64,000 bases of DNA from Octopus vulgaris (Eukaryota): positions 29,078,001-29,142,000 of the forward strand of contig OX597842.1 of the NCBI GenBank assembly GCA_951406725.2, given 5' to 3'. A model generated the notes under the pieces. The model was given only the letters and a program-made list of their open reading frames with translations. It made no database searches and was not told the origin of the DNA. A program made the position numbers and the translations under genes. Positions 56,030-64,000 of the stretch are shown in pieces. Numbering within the stretch: the first letter of the stretch is position 1; the number at the start of each line of letters is the position of its first letter.

Positions 56030-56753
56030 AGGCAAACCTACACAAATGTGCCCCAGGCGAATGTTTCCTTGTAACTTCTAGAAAAATGGATGTTTTTCAA
56101 TGAAATTTCTTTCACAAATATCCTTCAGATGGCAAATATTCCAATTATATCGGAATTTGTTGTGAGAAAAACCTTTTCGGTGGGTGGAGAGAGAAATTTA
56201 GGAAAGTTCACCCGAGTCGGCTTTCTTTCCAAAAAAATAGATATTTTCAAATGAAATTTTCAATAAAACCGTTTCAAATGGTGAAGATTTCGATTATATC
56301 GGAATTTAATATGAAGAAAATTATAAAAATTGGTGGATTCGCACAGATATACACTGACACAAAACAGAAAATAAAAAGATGAACTTTGGGAAAATAACCG
56401 TGATGTGTGTCAGTATGTATGTGTGTGAAACCATCAAATTTTTAAAGTTTTTTCATGTTAAATTCCGATATAATCCTAATCTACACCATTTGAAAGGGAT
56501 TTGTAGAAATTTTCACAGAAACAAAATATCCACTTTTCTGAAAGTTATAGAAAAACAAAACGGATTTGGGTGAATTTTGAGAAAGTCAACTCCTCAACGT
56601 TTGAAAATTTGTTTTTACAACAATTTCCGATATAATTGGAATCTTCATCATCTGAAGCATTTTTGTCAAAGAAATTTCATTAAAAAATATCAATTTGTCT
56701 CAAAGTTATAAGGAAACAAATTCGTCGTGGGGCCCAGTTGTGTAGGTATGCCT
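56030..56753. mobile_element. Foldback/MITE-like element with long imperfect inverted arms
   Basis: aggcaaacctacacaaatgtgcccca... versus ...tggggcccagttgtgtaggtatgcct; internal ttatatcggaattt/aaattccgatataa subrepeats are mirrored. Confidence 0.8.
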
Positions 56754-57226
56754 ATACATATGGACGCATATATATATTTATATATATATAAGCCTGTCTC
56801 GCGTTTTCGGCATTTCCTGCTTCATTAAGGTTTTTTTCTATTTCGAACCTCGTCCTGCCATAGAGATTTCTCCCTCGTGGGGTCTCCCTTCTCTCTCTCT
56901 CTTTCCCCCTCTTCTATCTAACACGCCAATCGTCCCCCCCCCCGAAAAACCCCTAATCTCTATATAAACCAGTGTTTGCTCGGTTCCTGCCTCTACTCGA
57001 TTCCTCATTGCTTTGCTTCGGATGATAAACTTGGATTTCAGAAATGTGCAGCTAAGATAACCTTGTTTCATTACCGTTTAGGCGCTGATCTCGAACCCTG
57101 ATACCTTCTCCCCTCTCCATTAACTATCTCCCTCCTCTCTATTTTAAGAATTTTAACCAATGAAATCCCAACATCTTCGAATTTTAACCAATGAAATCCC
57201 AGCATTGCTGCGTTATCGATATTGAT

Positions 57227-58040
57227 AACACACACACACACACTCTCTCTCTCTCTCTCTCAAACACATGCATATACATTTGCACAAGCACATAGTAATT
57301 AATATATAAGCGTACACACACATACAAACGACACACACACACACACACATCTCTCTCTCTCTCTCTCTCAAACACATGCATATACATTTGCACAAGCACA
57401 TAGTAATTAATATATAAGCGTACACACACACACAAACGACACACACACACACTCTCTCTCTCTCTCTCAAACACATGCATATACATTTGCACAAGCACAT
57501 AGTAATTAATATATAAGCGTACACACACATACAAACGACACACACACACACTCTCTCTCTCTCTCTCAAACACATGCATATACATTTGCACAAGCACATA
57601 GTAATTAATATATAAGCGTACACACACATACAAACGACACACACACACACACACACACTCTCTCTCTCTCTCTCTCAAACACATGCATATACATTTGCAC
57701 AAGCACATAGTAATTAATATATAAGCGTACACACACATACAAACGACACACACACACACTCTCTCTCTCTCTCTCTCTCTCTCTCAAACACATGCATATA
57801 CATTTGCACAAGCACATAGTAATTAATATATAAGCGTACACACACACACAAACGACACACACACACACTCTCTCTCTCTCTCTCAAACACATGCATATAC
57901 ATTTGCACAAGCACATAGTAATTAATATATAAGCGTACACACACATACAAACGACACACACACACACTCTCTCTCTCTCTCTCTCTCTCTCAAACACATG
58001 CATATACATTTGCACAAGCACATAGTAATTAATATATAAG

Positions 58041-58074
<34 letters not shown>

Positions 58075-58674
58075 CTCTCTCTCTCTCTCAAACACATGCA
58101 TATACATTTGCACAAGCACATAGTAATTAATATATAAGCGTACACACACATACAAACGACACACACACACACTCTCTCTCTCTCTCTCTCTCTCTCAAAC
58201 ACATGCATATACATTTGCACAAGCACATAGTAATTAATATATAAGCGTACACACACACACACAAACGACACACACACACACTCTCTCTCTCTCTCTCAAA
58301 CACATGCATATACATTTGCACAAGCACATAGTAATTAATATATAAGCGTACACACACATACAAACGACACACACACACCCTCTCTCTCTCTCTCTCTCTC
58401 AAACACATGCATATACATTTGCACAAGCACATAGTAATTAATATATAAGCGTACACACACATACAAACGACACACACACACACTCTCTCTCTCTCTCTCT
58501 CTCTCTCTCAAACACATGCATATACATTTGCACAAGCACATAGTAATTAATATATAAGCGTACACACACACACTCTCTCTCTCTCTCTCAAACACATGCA
58601 TATACATTTGCACAAGCACATAGTAATTAATATATAAGCGTACACACACATACAAACGACACACACACACATAC

Positions 58675-58706
<32 letters not shown>

Positions 58707-61530
58707 CACATGCATATACATTTGCACAAGCACATAGTAATTAATATATAAGCGTACACACACACACAAACGACACACACACACACTCTCTCTCTCTCTC
58801 TCAAACACATGCATATACATTTGCACAAGCACATAGTAATTAATATATAAGCGTACACACACATACAAACGACACACACACACACTCTCTCTCTCTCTCT
58901 CTCTCTCAAACACATGCATATACATTTGCACAAGCACATAGTAATTAATATATAAGCGTACACACACATACAAACGACACACACACACACCTCTCTCTCT
59001 CTCTCTCTCTCTCTCAAACACATGCATATACATTTGCACAAGCACATAGTAATTAATATATAAGCGTAACACACACAACAAACACACACACACACACTCT
59101 CTCTCTCTCTCTCTCAAACACATGCATATACATTTGCACAAGCACATAGTAATTAATATATAAGCGTACACACACATACAAACGACACACACACACTCTC
59201 TCTCTCTCTCTCTCTCTCTCAAACACATGCATATACATTTGCACAAGCACATAGTAATTAATATATAAGCGTACACACACACACAAACGACACACACACA
59301 CACTCTCTCTCTCTCTCTCAAACACATGCATATACATTTGCACAAGCACATAGTAATTAATATATAAGCGTACACACACATACAAACGACACACACACAC
59401 ACCTCTCTCTCTCTCTCTCTCTCTCAAACACATGCATATACATTTGCACAAGCACATAGTAATTAATATATAAGCGTACACACACATACAAACGACACAC
59501 ACACACACTCTCTCTCTCTCTCTCTCTCTCAAACACATGCATATACATTTGCACAAGCACATAGTAATTAATATATAAGCGTACACACACACAAACGACA
59601 CACACACACACTCTCTCTCTCTCTCTCTCTCAAACACATGCATATACATTTGCACAAGCACATAGTAATTAATATATAAGCGTACACACACATACAAACG
59701 ACACACACACACACTCTCTCTCTCTCTCTCTCTCAAACACATGCATATACATTTGCACAAGCACATAGTAATTAATATATAAGCGTACACACACACAAAC
59801 ACACACACACACACACTCTCTCTCTCTCTCTCAAACACATGCATATACATTTGCACAAGCACATAGTAATTAATATATAAGCGTACACACACATACAAAC
59901 GACACACACACACACTCTCTCTCTCTCTCTCTCTCTCTCAAACACATGCATATACATTTGCACAAGCACATAGTAATTAATATATAAGCGTACACACACA
60001 CACAAACGACACACACACACACTCTCTCTCTCTCTCTCAAACACATGCATATACATTTGCACAAGCACATAGTAATTAATATATAAGCGTACACACACAT
60101 ACAAACGACACACACACACACTCTCTCTCTCTCTCTCAAACACATGCATATACATTTGCACAAGCACATAGTAATTAATATATAAGCGTACACACACACA
60201 CAAACGACACACACACACTCTCTCTCTCTCTCTCAAACACATGCATATACATTTGCACAAGCACATAGTAATTAATATATAAGCGTACACACACATACAA
60301 ACGACACACACACACACTCTCTCTCTCTCTCTCTCTCTCAAACACATGCATATACATTTGCACAAGCACATAGTAATTAATATATAAGCGTACACACACA
60401 TACAAACGACACACACACACACTCTCTCTCTCTCTCTCTCTCTCAAACACATGCATATACATTTGCACAAGCACATAGTAATTAATATATAAGCGTACAC
60501 ACACATACAAACGACAACACACACACACTCTCTCTCTCTCTCTCTCAAACACATGCATATACATTTGCACAAGCACATAGTAATTAATATATAAGCGTAC
60601 ACACACATACAAACGACACACACACACACACTCTCTCTCTCTCTCTCTCAAACACATGCATATACATTTGCACAAGCACATAGTAATTAATATATAAGCG
60701 TACACACACATACAAACGACACACACACACACTCTCTCTCTCTCTCTCTCTCTCTCTCAAACACATGCATATACATTTGCACAAGCACATAGTAATTAAT
60801 ATATAAGCGTACACACACATACAAACGACACACACACACACTCTCTCTCTCTCTCTCAAACACATGCATATACATTTGCACAAGCACATAGTAATTAATA
60901 TATAAGCGTACACACACATACAAACGACACACACACACACTCTCTCTCTCTCTCTCTCTCTCAAACACATGCATATACATTTGCACAAGCACATAGTAAT
61001 TAATATATAAGAGTACACACACATACAAACGACACACACACACACACACTCTCTCTCTCTCTCTCTCTCTCAAACACATGCATATACATTTGCACAAGCA
61101 CATAGTAATTAATATATAAGCGTACACACACACACACACTCTCTCTCTCTCTCTCTCTCTCTCTCAAACACATGCATATACATTTGCACAAGCACATAGT
61201 AATTAATATATAAGCGTACACACACATACAAACGACACACACACACACACACTCTCTCTCTCTCTCAAACACATGCATATACATTTGCACAAGCACATAG
61301 TAATTAATATATAAGCGTACACACACATACAAACGACACACACACACACTCTCTCTCTCTCTCTCAAACACATGCATATACATTTGCACAAGCACATAGT
61401 AATTAATATATAAGCGTACACACACATACAAACGACACACACACACACTCTCTCTCCCTCAAACACATGCATATATATTTGCACAAGCACATAGTAATTA
61501 ATATATAAGCGTACACACACATACAAACGG
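57227..61530. repeat. Compound minisatellite, ~42 units of ~100 bp
   Basis: Near-invariant core caaacacatgcatatacatttgcacaagcacatagtaattaatatataagcgta followed by variable (CA)n(CT)n. Confidence 0.97.
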
Positions 61531-62211
61531 ACATATACATACACACACATACGCACACAAGCATACATTACACGTTCGTGTTTTGCCCCTTGCCGCAACA
61601 AATTTGCACAAAAGGTAAATAAACCAGGAGGGGGGGAGTTCAATGTTTCATCGTTTCGGGGTCGATAAATTAAGTACCAATTACGCACTGGTGTCGAGGA
61701 TTTTCCCCCCAATTTATATCACAGCTTCCGACAAGCTGGGGGCATCATTTTATGAAAAAATACTTCGCAAATTTTTACAATACGACTCACACTCCACGCG
61801 CAAACTCGAGACCGATTTAGGCATATTATTGTTTTGTTTTTGTTGTTTCTGGCCATTCAAAACCATGGGAGAAGCCTTTTTGGTAAAAAAAAATAAAGAA
61901 AATATTCAAAAAATATCGTTAATATTTTTATTGGGCGACGAAATTAATCGATTTAAGAAATATAGCTGTTATTTCTAGCACATGTAGAAGACAGAAGAAG
62001 AGGTAAATAATTTGAGCTCGAATGCTGCGATTTCATTGGTTAAAATTCTTAAAATTAAACTACGTTTAAGTTACGAATTACAATTTTGTTTTCAATTTTG
62101 TTTACAATAATGTTTTCTTTTGACACATTCTACCAGTATACGAAGTTTCAAATTGTTTAGTTAACTAGGAAAATCTGGCCCTCAAAATGAAAAGATCCTA
62201 TATGGATATAT

Positions 62212-62698
62212 ACCTGTGCATACCTTCCTTCTTGTGACACTTGTGAAGACCTGTTGAGGCAAGTGAAAATCAAATCAAAATAGATGAACATCAATGGAAT
62301 TTGTATCTTTGTGGTACCAGTGCCGGTGGCACACAAGAAAATCATCCGAACGTGGCCGTAGCCAGTACCGCATAGACTGGCCTCCGTGCTTTGGGGACGT
62401 AACAAACACCATCCGATCGTGGCCGTCCGCCAGCCTCATCTGGCACCTGTGTCGGTGGCACATAAAAACACCATCCGAGCGTGGCCGTTCGCCAGCCTCG
62501 ACTGGCACCTGTGTCGGTGGCACATAAAATCACCCACTACACTCTCGGAGTGGTTGGCGTTAGGAAGGGCATCCAGCTGTAGAAACACTGCCAGATCTGA
62601 CTGGCCTGGTGCAGCCTTCGGGCTCCCCAGACCCCAGTTGAACCGTCCAACCCATGCTAGCATGGAAAACGGACGCTAAATGATGATGATGATGATGA

Positions 62699-62701
<3 letters not shown>
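62212..62701 (+). mobile_element. RTE LINE 3' UTR with (GAT)n tail
   Basis: Matches 17570-17996. Confidence 0.85.
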
Positions 62702-62753
<52 letters not shown>

Positions 62754-63095
62754 AATATGAGCAACTGAAATGTGTATATTCATGAATGTAATCTTAATAT
62801 ACAGCAAGCAAATGTGTGTGTATATACATATATTAATAGGTGAAGGTATAATGTATACATATTTTCGACCCAGCAAGACCATCTTGAGTTTTAGTTTATA
62901 CATCCCACAATGTATAGCTTCTTCTCATGTCTACCAAATACTGCTTTTAGCAGAATATACACACATATTAGAGAGATCGTCACAGATTATATAACTATAT
63001 AATGAAGGAAAATCGTTTTGTGAAAGAGAGAATGTCTGACAATTATAGACAAACTGATCGAAGGCAGATTTCTCATCAATCCCAAAAAAAACAAC

Positions 63096-63599
63096 GGATC
63101 TTTTCCTTTTGAACGGCACATGGCAACACAATTTCTAGTTAACTAAACACTTTTAAACTTCGTATACTGGTAGAATGTGTTTATAAAACATCATTTTTTC
63201 TTGGCTTTATCGAGAAAATTCTATATGTTGTAAGATATTTCCACTTTAATTTCAAGCATTTCGGCAATTTTAACCAATCGCTGGAGTCTATTTGGAGTGA
63301 AAACATTCCGTGCTGTATGAATATGTCCCTCATTTAAGAAACAGATTGGGTTTATTTACATTTGCGAAGTAAAAAAGATACCCTTCCCCCACCCCTAACC
63401 CTAAGCCTAACTCACCCTAACTCTAACCCTAAATCTAAAATAGATTGAAATGCAATAGATCGATACTAGGTTTATAATTATGGGTGACAATTTCATACGA
63501 CACCGCTACGGAAAATGGGATTTTTTCGAGCAGTGTCAAATGAAAATGTCACCCATAATTATAACCCTAGTATCGATCTATTACATTTCAATCTATTTA
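63096..63599 (-). mobile_element. TTAGGG-MITE copy with rearranged, locally inverted end
   Basis: GGATCTTTTCC terminus, ccctaaccctaa repeats, and 63437-63508 inverted at 63529-63599. Confidence 0.8.
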
Positions 63600-64000
63600 C
63601 AGATTATTTACTGCCATAACAAGCTATAGGATCTTTCTTCTTGTTTTAGATCTCAAATAACATTTTCTTTGGAGAAAAATTGATCGATTTCTCCAAAATC
63701 AATATCAAGAGAGGACACTGAATCACACAGCGTCAATCTTAAGAACTGTTGGATCTCAAAGAATATCTCCAAAACAAAAAGAATCTGTTACGACAAGAAA
63801 TGATGAAAAAGATTTTTGTGATTCAATGAAGAGGATTCATGGAGAAAATGAGAAAAAGATGTTATTTGGTTACTACTATCATGTTGTTATCGTGTCACAC
63901 TGCCACTATTATGGTATCTTTGGATATTCAATTTGTCTGGAATTGCAAGAAATTTTGAAACAAAAGCAGATCTGAAGATTTTAGTTAATTCAAGCCTTAC

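Noticed and set aside
57227-61530. CRISPR-like repeat-spacer array
   Set aside because: Spacers are only (CA)n(CT)n; eukaryotic context; no cas genes.
63600-64000. Candidate upstream exon of the ankyrin gene
   Set aside because: No phase-2 GT donor with an open ankyrin-like frame found.

Overview
AT-rich, microsatellite- and transposon-dense animal genomic DNA. The repeat families and C2H2 zinc-finger style strongly suggest an octopus or other coleoid cephalopod (inferred, not provable here). Nearly all supplied ORFs are artefacts of simple repeats. A 100-N gap (31415-31514) splits the window. The left part holds two tandemly duplicated minus-strand C2H2 zinc-finger genes, both disrupted, among RTE, CR1, R4-like, Penelope, mariner and SINE relics. 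It also has three minimal hammerhead-ribozyme motifs. The right part holds a 5'-incomplete, minus-strand multi-exon gene that I assembled by hand from splice sites and intron phases: Mind-bomb-like ankyrin repeats, then RING, then a death domain. This gene has a recently amplified near-identical 34-aa ankyrin array. It also has three identical tandem 36-nt CxxC micro-exons that the ORF track misses, a 1-nt frameshift in the RING exon and one sister exon with a broken (AA) acceptor. Other notable items are a non-autonomous TIR element family carrying telomere-like TTAGGG arrays, a Helitron helicase relic and a 4.3-kb compound minisatellite.
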